From the NCBI GenBank assembly GCA_964647665.1, contig CAZYIX010000002.1, positions 120,722-184,721 on the forward strand: a DNA stretch of 64,000 bases, written 5' to 3'. The translations under genes were made by a program, and so were the position numbers. Numbering within the stretch: the first letter of the stretch is position 1; every line of letters starts with the position of its first letter. This DNA is from an uncultured Candidatus Poseidoniales archaeon (GTDB taxonomy: Archaea > Thermoplasmatota > Poseidoniia > Poseidoniales > Thalassarchaeaceae). The notes under the pieces were generated by a model. The model was given only the letters and a program-made list of their open reading frames with translations. It did no database searches and was not told where the DNA came from. Below, one piece after another: positions 49,209 through 58,578 of this stretch.

Positions 49209-49535
49209 TCAGTCACCTCCCTTGTTCCTTTTCCGCTTGCCCGCAATCATCTCAAGCATACGATTAGTGACCATGAAGCCACCAACTACGTTGATGGTAG
49301 CCATAATCAACGCTGTGAAAGCCAACCAAGCTGCTGTACCTGGATGTCCATCACCCCATGCAACGTTTGACAGAATCAATGCACCGACGATTGTAATGCC
49401 GGAAATCGCATTTGCACCAGACATCAAAGGGGTGTGCAAAGTGGGGGGGACCTTGCTGATTAACTCAAATCCGAGGAATATCGCAAGTACGAAAACTGTG
49501 ATGCTGGCTACTAGCGCAGCGAGGGTCAGACTCAT
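49209..49535 (-). CDS. pntA: NAD(P) transhydrogenase alpha subunit part 2 (membrane; PntAB)
   Basis: VPPTLHTPLMSGANAISG, INVVGGFMVTNRML. Confidence 0.95.
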   Translation of the reverse strand: MSLTLAALVASITVFVLAIFLGFELISKVPPTLHTPLMSGANAISGITIVGALILSNVAWGDGHPGTAAWLAFTALIMATINVVGGFMVTNRMLEMIAGKRKRNKGGD

Positions 49536-50695
49536 TCAACCACCTCGGCCAAACGAGTCTGTTTAGCATGAATCTCGCCGTCAGAGCAAATAAGAATCCC
49601 ACCCATTCCAGATACGTAGAAATCACTGTCCTCAGGTGCTCCGACTAGAATGTCGTCTTCCGGGTCTAGGACTATCTCGCCTTCCTTGACCAACGAAATG
49701 ACGAGGTTAGTGAGGTTGTTTGAGTACAACATGCTGGCAGTAGATGCGAGTTGTCCCGGTAGGTTGGTGGTGCCAATGATGATGACGCCATTCTTAGTGG
49801 TGATAATCTCTCCAGGCGAAGTTAGTTCACAATTGCCTCCAACATCTGCATTCATGTCGACCACTACTGAGCCCGGCTTGAAGTTCGCAACTGCTGAAGC
49901 AGGCACTGTAATAGGCGCAGGGCGACCAAAAATGCGGGCCGTGGTCACGATGACATCAGCATCGGATGCAACCTCACAAACCGTATCGTTGACTTTCTGA
50001 ATGAACTCAGGGGTCAGTGGCTTAGCGTAGCCGGATTCGTCCTCAAAGTCATCCATGCCCTCGACTTCAATGAAGCGTCCACCCACTGATTCGATTTGCT
50101 CGGCGGTGGACTTTCTGACGTCTGAGGCATAGACGATTGCGCCCAGCCTCTTGGCGGTCGCAATCGCTTGCAGGCCAGCCACTCCACTACCCATAATGAC
50201 AAACTTGGCTGGCTTAACAGTGCCAGCAGATGTAGTCATCATTGGAATTCCCTTTGCAACATTTGCGGCACCCATCAGCACTGCTTTGTAGCCAGCGAGG
50301 TTATCCTGACTTGAGTTCACGTCCATAGCCTGCGCGCGTGAGAGTCGTCGGGGAATCATGTCCATACTTAGTAGGGTGACCTTAGCATCCATAGCCTGCT
50401 TGACCCGATTAGGGTGGCGGAATGGATCAGCGACACAGGCGACTATCTGACCATGCTTGAGTGAGGAGACATCAGGCATACCGATGCAGATGAGGATGTC
50501 AGAACTCATCGCTTCTTCACGAGATGTGACATTGGCGCCTTTCCCTTCATATTCAGAATCAGGGTGGTGGGCAGATATGCCCGCACCCGCTTCTACCACA
50601 ATTTCAAAACCTAATTTTACCAACTTGGCTACTGAGTTCGGAACGATGGCGACTCTGGTCTCATCTCCGGCCTCAGTCAACACTCCCAACCTCAT
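49532..50695 (-). CDS. pntA: NAD(P) transhydrogenase alpha subunit part 1 (soluble dI; PntAA)
   Basis: ETRVAIVP, RAQAMDVNSS..AGY, GSGVAGLQA, GYAK, GGNCE; start 50695 follows a GGAG..GAGG RBS. Confidence 0.95.
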   Translation of the reverse strand: MRLGVLTEAGDETRVAIVPNSVAKLVKLGFEIVVEAGAGISAHHPDSEYEGKGANVTSREEAMSSDILICIGMPDVSSLKHGQIVACVADPFRHPNRVKQAMDAKVTLLSMDMIPRRLSRAQAMDVNSSQDNLAGYKAVLMGAANVAKGIPMMTTSAGTVKPAKFVIMGSGVAGLQAIATAKRLGAIVYASDVRKSTAEQIESVGGRFIEVEGMDDFEDESGYAKPLTPEFIQKVNDTVCEVASDADVIVTTARIFGRPAPITVPASAVANFKPGSVVVDMNADVGGNCELTSPGEIITTKNGVIIIGTTNLPGQLASTASMLYSNNLTNLVISLVKEGEIVLDPEDDILVGAPEDSDFYVSGMGGILICSDGEIHAKQTRLAEVVE

Positions 50696-50881
50696 TTCCT
50701 CAACTCCTTCGTTGCTCAACCCCAAGTCGGTAGTGGTTGTACAATTGTATCGACCTGAATCGGGTTCTTGAACCATGCGGATTAACTGACTGAACTTGAT
50801 AATCGAGTTGGGCGGAACGAGGGCTACAGCAGCAACCCATATGGACGGGTGTCGGCGCGCATGAATACAAGAGGAATGCAG

Positions 50882-51820
50882 ATGAGCGGTGGAAAGGCAA
50901 AGATCGCTGTGATTGGAGCGGGCAATGTCGGTGCGACTTGCGCGTTCGTATTGGCTACGAAAAATCTCGGAGAAATCGTCCTGCTCGACATCTATGAGGG
51001 ATTCGCCAAAGGAAAGGCCCTCGACATGAGCCAAGGTGGACAGATTCTGAATTATGATGGTAATCTCACAGGGACCTCAAACTACGAGGATATCGCTGGT
51101 GCTGATGTTGTGGTTGTAACCAGCGGATTTCCTCGCAAGCCGGGAATGAGCCGCGAAGACCTCATCGGTAAGAATGCCGAAATAATCTCGCAAGTCGGGG
51201 CAGGCATCCGCGAACACGCACCGAATTCAGTAATCGTGATGGTGACCAATCCGCTTGACTTGATGACGTTCCATATGCAGAAGGTCACTGGATTCCCAGC
51301 CAACCGTGTGGTTGGACAGGCTGGAATTCTCGACAGTGCTCGAATGACACATTTCGTGGCCGACGCGGTCGGCTGCTCTAATGAGGACGTTACCGCAATG
51401 GTGCTCGGTGGCCATGGAGACACCATGGTGCCGCTGCCTCGCTATACTACTGTCAGCGGTATCAGCATCGACCAATTGCTCGATGATGATACAATCTCCG
51501 CCATCTGTGAAAGGACTGCTGGCGGTGGCGGAGAAATCGTCAAACTTCTGGAAAAAGGCAGCGCATTCTACGCTCCCGGCAGCGCCGCCGCAATCATGGC
51601 CGAATCGGTTCTACTCGACCGTAAACGGCTGCTCCCGTGCAGCGCCTATCTGACTGGTGAGTACGGCTTGGAAGACGTATACATCGGAGTACCTGTCATT
51701 CTAGGTGCATCCGGAGTTGAGAGCATCATCGAATTGGAATTAACCGGCGAAGAACTCGCTTCACTACAGGGTTCTGGTGAATTCTACAAGCAACAACTCT
51801 CCGAACTTCTCGGATACTAG
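50882..51820 (+). CDS. mdh: Malate dehydrogenase (LDH-like)
   Basis: IGAGNVG, GKALD, PRKPGMSREDL, TNPLD, LDSAR, LGGHGD, SAFYAP. Confidence 0.96.
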   Translation: MSGGKAKIAVIGAGNVGATCAFVLATKNLGEIVLLDIYEGFAKGKALDMSQGGQILNYDGNLTGTSNYEDIAGADVVVVTSGFPRKPGMSREDLIGKNAEIISQVGAGIREHAPNSVIVMVTNPLDLMTFHMQKVTGFPANRVVGQAGILDSARMTHFVADAVGCSNEDVTAMVLGGHGDTMVPLPRYTTVSGISIDQLLDDDTISAICERTAGGGGEIVKLLEKGSAFYAPGSAAAIMAESVLLDRKRLLPCSAYLTGEYGLEDVYIGVPVILGASGVESIIELELTGEELASLQGSGEFYKQQLSELLGY

Positions 51821-51860
51821 GTGGGTTCTTCATCGAGGCTGTCAGCCGCAAGAGGGGAGA

Positions 51861-52640
51861 ATGATGCAGGAACTGCTCTATCTCGAACACGACGGCAAGG
51901 TTCTGCTAGTCGATTCAGGTGGTGAAGGACCCATGCTTGCAGAAATGGGCAGGACAGATTGGCCACAACGAGTCGACAAGGCGTGGCTGCTCCGATTACC
52001 GACACAAACAGAAGTCGAATCTATGGGAATCGCGTGGCATGAGAGAAGGAGGAATCAATTCTCTCTCGGAGATGAGCGATTCAAGGTCATCCACGCCATT
52101 CCGGACATTGTCTGGCCTGAGCATTGGGCGTGGAAGGACACCATTCCCTCAGACTCAGCTGTTCATCCAGCCGCCCGGGAATCGGTATACCGCAGCATGC
52201 ACCGACTGGTTGCAAAGGTCATCCTGCGCAACCCCCAGGGACAGATCCTGATGGCGAAAGTCAAGCGCGGTTTTTTCACGGGACACTGGACTCTGTGTGG
52301 TGGTTTCCTAGATTATGCTGAACACCCCCGTGATGGAGTCGCACGCGAAGCAGAGGAAGAGCTCGGCATTTCCATTGATGTAGGAGACCCGATTGGAGAA
52401 TCAGCAGAACCACGTGAAGGCAAGGATTTCTCATTCGTTCAGTCAAAGATATTCACTTCTGAAGGCATAAACTTCGTTTCATTCACCTATCTGGTCGACA
52501 TCGACCCAAGTCCTGATAACTTCAAACTCAAAGATGATGAAATTGACGAGGTCAAATGGTTTGAACTCGATAAGGCGGTACAGGTAGCGGCATCACTATT
52601 TGACCTCGATGCGCTGTCTCAACTAAAGAAAGATAGATGA
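51861..52640 (+). CDS. NUDIX hydrolase with N-terminal extension
   Basis: Nudix box GGFLDYAEHPRDGVAREAEEELG. Confidence 0.88.
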   Translation: MMQELLYLEHDGKVLLVDSGGEGPMLAEMGRTDWPQRVDKAWLLRLPTQTEVESMGIAWHERRRNQFSLGDERFKVIHAIPDIVWPEHWAWKDTIPSDSAVHPAARESVYRSMHRLVAKVILRNPQGQILMAKVKRGFFTGHWTLCGGFLDYAEHPRDGVAREAEEELGISIDVGDPIGESAEPREGKDFSFVQSKIFTSEGINFVSFTYLVDIDPSPDNFKLKDDEIDEVKWFELDKAVQVAASLFDLDALSQLKKDR

Positions 52641-52653
52641 ATGGGGTGGAATT

Positions 52654-53400
52654 TTGAGGGCAAGTTTGGTTAGCGATGAGGTATTCAAGCGAATAATCAT
52701 CGCTGGTGTTGTACTGGTTGTAGGCACATGCATTGTCAGCCAAGCGATTATGCAAATGGACTTCAGTGGGAAACGAGATACTCCTGTGTATTACTCCGAA
52801 CATTTTCCCGGTAACCAAACGCACATCGATTTCCCAGATGGTTTACCACCATTCATCTCATCTGCCGGAGCATATTATCCAGAGAAAGCAATTTTCGATG
52901 TTGGACTAGCCATTGGAGGTCTCTTGTTAGGCCTACTGGGTGTTGAGATGTTCCTTCGTTCACGAAAGTCGCTCACCGCGATTGATGCGTCGAAATGGAG
53001 GCATCTAGCTAACGTGGTTCAAGGAATTACAGCAATTGCGATGGGGATTTCATTAGTGATGCTTACTCGTTATCCATTCAATACTGATATTGTGATGCAT
53101 GTCTACTATGCGGTGATTATCTTCCAGGGCAGCCTCATCTGGATGGCGACGAATGCTGCGGCTCGAGCCCCATTGGATAGCGGCGTTTACTGGAGGGGGT
53201 ATCCCATCACACGAGTTCGCTGGCTGCTATTTGCCACCGGACTTATCTCATACCTACTGATGACTGCCTTGGTCAGCACCGGAAACCTCGTTGAATCCGC
53301 ACTCTTTGAGTGGACTCTTACCTTCTCATCAGAAATATCGATGCTGACGTTGATACCTGCTATTGCAATGGCTTCTTCCGGGCAATCGGAAGAAGAATGA
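52654..53400 (+). CDS. Frag1/DRAM/Sfk1-like 6-TM membrane protein
   Basis: PFISSAGAYYPEKAIF, MH..A, ALFEW motifs; 6 TM. Confidence 0.65.
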   Translation: MRASLVSDEVFKRIIIAGVVLVVGTCIVSQAIMQMDFSGKRDTPVYYSEHFPGNQTHIDFPDGLPPFISSAGAYYPEKAIFDVGLAIGGLLLGLLGVEMFLRSRKSLTAIDASKWRHLANVVQGITAIAMGISLVMLTRYPFNTDIVMHVYYAVIIFQGSLIWMATNAAARAPLDSGVYWRGYPITRVRWLLFATGLISYLLMTALVSTGNLVESALFEWTLTFSSEISMLTLIPAIAMASSGQSEEE

Positions 53401-53402
53401 GG

Positions 53403-54035
53403 TCAGGGTTCCTCAACATACTCATCGGATTGTCGGTGTAATTGAGATTTTTCATCGGCCATCCAAACCCCCAATAGAATTGCTAGAATCAGGATTACTA
53501 TTCCTCCGACCAGTAGCAACTGTGTGGTTTCGAACTCACCAGTGAGATCTGCCTGAGGTTCTTCGTCACAATCTGCGCCGAAACACTCACCAATGTTAGG
53601 GGAGTGGGAATCGCTGACTACATCAAGCAATATGTGAATCTCTGTACCATCGGAGACATAGTCGGTCAGGGCATAATCTCCAACCAAATCAGAACTGTTG
53701 AAGGGGAGCGACCAAGAACGTCGGCAACTAGAGTCATTATCCCAATCACAAACTCCACTCAATGGCCCTGATGAGAACTCGTTCTCGTCATCGAAATCAC
53801 CGTCACCATTGAGGTCCAAACCAATGTGGTGAGTAATGTTCTCACGATCATCCACGTTGTAATACTGTACGGTATCACTGACGATGATGCTCACCTGATT
53901 GGGGGAATGATTACCTTGGCGAACGATGACAGTGTAGGTTGAAGGATCGTGTGCAGCCACTGGCATCGCTAGCAGTGGGAAAATGAATATCAGCATGAGG
54001 CTGAATACACCTGCGGTGCGGCTGGGCGCGGTCAT
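53403..54035 (-). CDS. Secreted cupredoxin-like protein with C-terminal TM (paralogue A)
   Basis: Signal ..PVAA|HD; SPNQVSIIVSDTVQYYNVD..H resembles plastocyanin-type strands; DLNGDGD loop; no C-x2-H-x4-M. Confidence 0.65.
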   Translation of the reverse strand: MTAPSRTAGVFSLMLIFIFPLLAMPVAAHDPSTYTVIVRQGNHSPNQVSIIVSDTVQYYNVDDRENITHHIGLDLNGDGDFDDENEFSSGPLSGVCDWDNDSSCRRSWSLPFNSSDLVGDYALTDYVSDGTEIHILLDVVSDSHSPNIGECFGADCDEEPQADLTGEFETTQLLLVGGIVILILAILLGVWMADEKSQLHRQSDEYVEEP

Positions 54036-54092
54036 GGTGTCGGCTACCGCTTCATGGATAAAACAAAACCGACTCGCAGGTTCGGGGGCGCC

Positions 54093-55829
54093 ATGGACAT
54101 CAAGGCGGTTGCTCTAGCCGTGCTACTATTGCTAGGCAGCACCATGCTCGGAGCCTTTGCGCTAATCACCCTCGGTGTTGACAAAGATGCTGATTCTGGC
54201 CAACTTAACTTGGTCGGAGACCCGCTGATGCAGGATGAGGGACATGACCACCGTAATGCAAGTTCTCACATGAATTACACTGAAAATATTCAGCCTGTAT
54301 CATTCAACAAACTCACAGAGCCAGGCAATGCGGAAATTCAGGTGGCGGATTCACCTGATGGGAAAACCTACGCCTATATCGCTGGCTGGAAGGAGATGCA
54401 CATCGTCGATGTATCCGACCCAGAAAACACCACTGTAACAGGAGTCTATTATGACCCTAACACTCAGGTTCTTGACGTTAAGTATCTCGAATATAATAGT
54501 CGTGAATATGTTATCGTACAGAACCAAATTATCGACGCCGGTTCTGCCGACCCAAACGTTGGCGCTTGGGAAGACCCGGCACAGGTTACGGTGACTTTGG
54601 TCGATGTGACTGACAAATCCGACCCGAGTTGGGTTGACTCTTGGTATGATGCCGACCATCCAAGCGGCCCCCACAATCTGTATACGCACATGATAGACAA
54701 TGAATGGTATATCTTTGTCGCAAACCCTGACTATGAACAATGCGACATCGGTCAGGGTGACGCTTGTGGCGGCGTTACAATCGCGCATCTGAATTTCGCC
54801 GCTTACGGTGACCTGCCACGGATTGTCAAGGTTGGTGAAGCGGAAGTGTCGTGGGAAACCACGCGTGGCGGGTGGATTTACATTCACGATATGACTGTGC
54901 AATCTTGGCCCGGAGAGGATACCAACGATCCGCGATTCGGCCGTACCTACGTCTACGGTGCATATTGGGAAGCCGGTTTGAGAATCTTTGATGTTAGCGA
55001 TGTACCGCATCCGGGCAACGATATGGCCGAATATCTCTGGCACGGCTCTCTCTGTCGGGCATCTGGTGGAACACAAGCTGGTTGCATGTGGAGAGCCCCA
55101 GAAGTCGGACTGTGGATGGATTTCGAGGACTTCGACGGTGATGGAGAGCCTGACAGCGGAACTACCGGCAACGAGAACGGGGGTAGGTCATCCTACATTC
55201 ACTACGCAGAGCCAATTGACAAGATGGTAGATGCAAGCCACCTTGGTTATCCAATGGGCAAGATGCACCTGACTTTCCTCGCCACTGAGGTGTTGCAGAC
55301 AAATGTCGGCACAGGAATGGTCTATCTGCTAGACACCACCGAATATGAGGAGGTCAATGGAAATGTGCGCTTCCTACCAAAACTGCTGCATGGCTGGGAA
55401 AACCCATACGCATGGGAACATTTCATCCCCGGAGGGGCGGAATGGCTTTTGTTCAGCCCTCACAACGCAGACACTGAGATTTTTCAAACAGGTCTGCCAG
55501 GATTGCCCGATAATAGCCACGGTGGGGCTTGGGATGGCAGGATCTATCTCTCCAGTTACCATGCTGGATTGTGGGTTTTAGACATCGAGACTCTGATGGC
55601 CGCTGGGCTTGAAGATGATAACAAAACGGATGTTCATATTGAGGCTACAATTGGTTATCACCTGCCGCATGGAGCAGACGGTGAACCTCTTGAGAGTTCT
55701 TACTACGACTTCGGATGGACACCGTTCCTGTGGGCGGCTGAATATCACGAAGGGTACGCCTACCTCTCGTGTATCACTACGGGCCTATATATCGTCCAAT
55801 TAGACCTAGATATGCCCTATGCCACATGA
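54093..55829 (+). CDS. LVIVD-repeat beta-propeller, His-rich, N-terminal TM (paralogue 1)
   Basis: YAYIA..MHIVDVSDP, VTLVDVTDKSDP, AYWEAGLRIFDVSD, YHAGLWVLD, GLYIVQ; blade His motifs PHN, IHD, IHY, SPHN. Confidence 0.85.
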   Translation: MDIKAVALAVLLLLGSTMLGAFALITLGVDKDADSGQLNLVGDPLMQDEGHDHRNASSHMNYTENIQPVSFNKLTEPGNAEIQVADSPDGKTYAYIAGWKEMHIVDVSDPENTTVTGVYYDPNTQVLDVKYLEYNSREYVIVQNQIIDAGSADPNVGAWEDPAQVTVTLVDVTDKSDPSWVDSWYDADHPSGPHNLYTHMIDNEWYIFVANPDYEQCDIGQGDACGGVTIAHLNFAAYGDLPRIVKVGEAEVSWETTRGGWIYIHDMTVQSWPGEDTNDPRFGRTYVYGAYWEAGLRIFDVSDVPHPGNDMAEYLWHGSLCRASGGTQAGCMWRAPEVGLWMDFEDFDGDGEPDSGTTGNENGGRSSYIHYAEPIDKMVDASHLGYPMGKMHLTFLATEVLQTNVGTGMVYLLDTTEYEEVNGNVRFLPKLLHGWENPYAWEHFIPGGAEWLLFSPHNADTEIFQTGLPGLPDNSHGGAWDGRIYLSSYHAGLWVLDIETLMAAGLEDDNKTDVHIEATIGYHLPHGADGEPLESSYYDFGWTPFLWAAEYHEGYAYLSCITTGLYIVQLDLDMPYAT

Positions 55830-55925
55830 TTCTAAGGCATTGGATGAGAACTCTAGCATGCGTTGGATTCAACAATGTGACCCGCACCGGCATGGCTGTC
55901 GGCCGTAGGCCGGTAGGGTGTAATA

Positions 55926-57923
55926 ATGCGAAGAGAAGCACTGCATTCAGATGAAATCGCCGCAGATAGAGTGATGATTGCGGCTGCCTGTGCGTTACTA
56001 ATCATCTCAGCAGCGTCGATTATTGCCTTGCTTGCAATCGGCGGCGGTGCTGATTCAGTCACGGAAGAGCAATGGCAATGGGTGGACCCAATAACCGAGA
56101 TTCAAGATGATAACCACAGTCATTCCGACTTGCTTTCACACCGTTTGTCCACACCGAACATGCAACTCATCGATTATCACAACCTGAACTGTGATGGGGA
56201 TATGTTCCCACCACCTGAATTAGACAACACTGCAGGAAGGCCGTGTGTCCACGAAGTGAAGAATACGGCACCTACTCCCGGTGACAATTCGGAGGTTATT
56301 GTCGAAGGGAATTTCGACGAGGATTGTGTGATCTATTCAGATGGTTCGGGTGGATGCTTCGCATACGTAGCTGCATACAACCAATTCCACATCCTTGACA
56401 TCTCAGCACCGAATGATATCAAGATGATGAGCACTTACTACGCTGAAATTGCTCGTATTATCGATGTGAAGGTCACTGATGACAACAATTGGGTTTTAAT
56501 CAATCACGAATTGACAAATAGCGAATTGGACCCAATTCCGAATGATGACGATGCAAATAGCGGCACCAATCGGCTCGACGTCATCTATGTCGGTGACAAA
56601 ACTTCACCTATCAAGGTCGCAGAATGGAATAACCCACCAGCCGGATTCCACAATCAAGACGTTCATGTCTACTGTGATTGGGATGGCGTGTCAAATCCGG
56701 ATGAAGATTGCAGTCTATTCCTATTCGGCGCCGACCCTTACCCGGAGATTTTTGCAGGTGGAGTAGGTTACAAGGGCACGCAGATTTTCTATGTCCCGCT
56801 CGGATTTGAATCATGGTTACCTAACCAAAACGAGGAGCAACAGAATTCAAGCCGCGAAATTATTCGTTGGGGCGGCTACACCCCCGACCCTGACACCACC
56901 TGTGGTGGAACCGTATTCAATCACGACAATGTACTCTCGGTGCATCCTATAACCGGCCAAGTTCTACTTTACCTCGCATATTGGGATGCTGGACTACGAA
57001 TCGTCGATGTCTCCGACCCGGTTACAGTTGCTGACCCATTCGGACTGAACTGGCCACAGAATAATGAGGTCGGGCGATGGATGGGCTGCCCATCTGCTAA
57101 CGACGGCTGGTACGGTCCAGACGGTGGTGGCCATGCAAACATGACTGCGACTCAGTGGGCTGGTTCCACTGGAATTGCAAATGGCAACGGCAATATCCAC
57201 TACGTCATCCCCTACGACCACCTCGTCTGCTCTGGAATATGGACTGGAAGCACTCTACCATGGCCAGAGCAGTGCGGCACTGGGCCAGATGATGCAACTT
57301 ACGGCATCAACTGGCGTCACTACACGCTAATCGCTCCCGAATATGGTAGCAATGACAATCACACTGGATTCGTGCGCACCATCGACACCACAGACCCAGC
57401 CAAGCCATTCCTTGTCAGTGAGTGGAAATTGCCGGGTAAGGGTATTCGCGATAACGGCAGCGAACACGATAACCACTACATTCCGGGAGGTTACATCTAC
57501 AGTCCTCACAACGGTGATACTGGGTTGGGTGGCCATGTCTACTGGACCCACTACCACGGTGGAGCATGGGTGACAGACCACGGACTTATTTGGGACGAGT
57601 TAATCTGGGAGAACGGAGTTGCTGAACCAGACAGGGGGTGGCAGGCGATAACAAGTCTAGCAACCACTCACACAATGGGCTACTTCCTTCCTTCAGGTCC
57701 AGTTTGGATAAATGATTCAATTTCATTCCTTGAGTACGATATGGCAGATTGTTGGGCCTCGTGCATGATTCCATTCGACTGGGGATTGCAGTTCGACCCT
57801 CGTGGATTTATCGTCATCTCTGAAATGGTCAGCGGGCTTTACATCGTTCAAATGGACGAAGACTTCGATGCTGAAAATGAATTCCCGCCAATCTGGGATG
57901 TTGAGGTAGCACCGGAGGAGTGA
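55926..57923 (+). CDS. LVIVD-repeat beta-propeller, His-rich, N-terminal TM (paralogue 2)
   Basis: FAYVA..FHILDISAP, AYWDAGLRIVDVSDP, IDTTDPAKP, GLYIVQ; blade His motifs FHN, NHD, IHY, SPHN. Confidence 0.85.
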   Translation: MRREALHSDEIAADRVMIAAACALLIISAASIIALLAIGGGADSVTEEQWQWVDPITEIQDDNHSHSDLLSHRLSTPNMQLIDYHNLNCDGDMFPPPELDNTAGRPCVHEVKNTAPTPGDNSEVIVEGNFDEDCVIYSDGSGGCFAYVAAYNQFHILDISAPNDIKMMSTYYAEIARIIDVKVTDDNNWVLINHELTNSELDPIPNDDDANSGTNRLDVIYVGDKTSPIKVAEWNNPPAGFHNQDVHVYCDWDGVSNPDEDCSLFLFGADPYPEIFAGGVGYKGTQIFYVPLGFESWLPNQNEEQQNSSREIIRWGGYTPDPDTTCGGTVFNHDNVLSVHPITGQVLLYLAYWDAGLRIVDVSDPVTVADPFGLNWPQNNEVGRWMGCPSANDGWYGPDGGGHANMTATQWAGSTGIANGNGNIHYVIPYDHLVCSGIWTGSTLPWPEQCGTGPDDATYGINWRHYTLIAPEYGSNDNHTGFVRTIDTTDPAKPFLVSEWKLPGKGIRDNGSEHDNHYIPGGYIYSPHNGDTGLGGHVYWTHYHGGAWVTDHGLIWDELIWENGVAEPDRGWQAITSLATTHTMGYFLPSGPVWINDSISFLEYDMADCWASCMIPFDWGLQFDPRGFIVISEMVSGLYIVQMDEDFDAENEFPPIWDVEVAPEE

Positions 57924-57928
57924 GGTGT

Positions 57929-58495
57929 ATGGCGTCTCGCCGTGTTGGAGTATCACTGGCAGTGTCAATCATTGCCCTATGCGTTATCGCCCCAACAGTG
58001 TCTGCACACGGTGCTAACACATTCTGGGTCATCGCTAGAGGAACCTATCTTCAGCCAGACACGATGGAGATTCTTCAAAATGACACTGTCGAGGTTCACA
58101 ACTCTGCTGATTCCAACCGAACAGTTAGAATCGATTTCGATGGAGATGGACTTTACAACGGCAGCAACGATGTCGAGTGCAATCTAGCCAGCGGTGAGTA
58201 CTGTGCGGTATGGCTTGAACCTGCAAATTGGACCGCTGGACAGTGGACAATAGAGATTATTGATGAAAATGGCTCAAGAATGAATGCATCACTGAAAGTC
58301 CAAACTGATATGCACACAGAAGGAGATGGCAATCCAATTGGCTATGAATTCGGCTTGGATGATGAATTACCTCAGGATGATGCCGCCGGTTCTTCCACCT
58401 TCAACAACTGGCTACCATTTATCGCCCTCGCCAGTGGAATCAGTGGATTGCTATTACTCAACTTTATCAGGAATCGTCGAGTAGAAACCAATTAG
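57929..58495 (+). CDS. Secreted cupredoxin-like protein with C-terminal TM (paralogue B)
   Basis: Signal ..TVSA|HG; QPDTMEILQNDTVEVHN; DFDGDG loop; C-x7-C; C-terminal TM; GAGGTG RBS. Confidence 0.65.
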   Translation: MASRRVGVSLAVSIIALCVIAPTVSAHGANTFWVIARGTYLQPDTMEILQNDTVEVHNSADSNRTVRIDFDGDGLYNGSNDVECNLASGEYCAVWLEPANWTAGQWTIEIIDENGSRMNASLKVQTDMHTEGDGNPIGYEFGLDDELPQDDAAGSSTFNNWLPFIALASGISGLLLLNFIRNRRVETN

Positions 58496-58578
58496 CAAGA
58501 TGAATCTGAAAATGGCTCTTCAGTGGTTTAGGAATTTGTTCGGATTAGACATTAACTATTCATTATGGATGTGAGAAA

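Noticed and set aside
50696..51034. Long N-terminal extension of pntAA overlapping mdh
   Set aside because: Artefact of first-start ORF calling; homology and the RBS indicate a start at 50695.
54351..55076. 241-aa antisense ORF within propeller 1
   Set aside because: Antisense shadow with no recognisable features.
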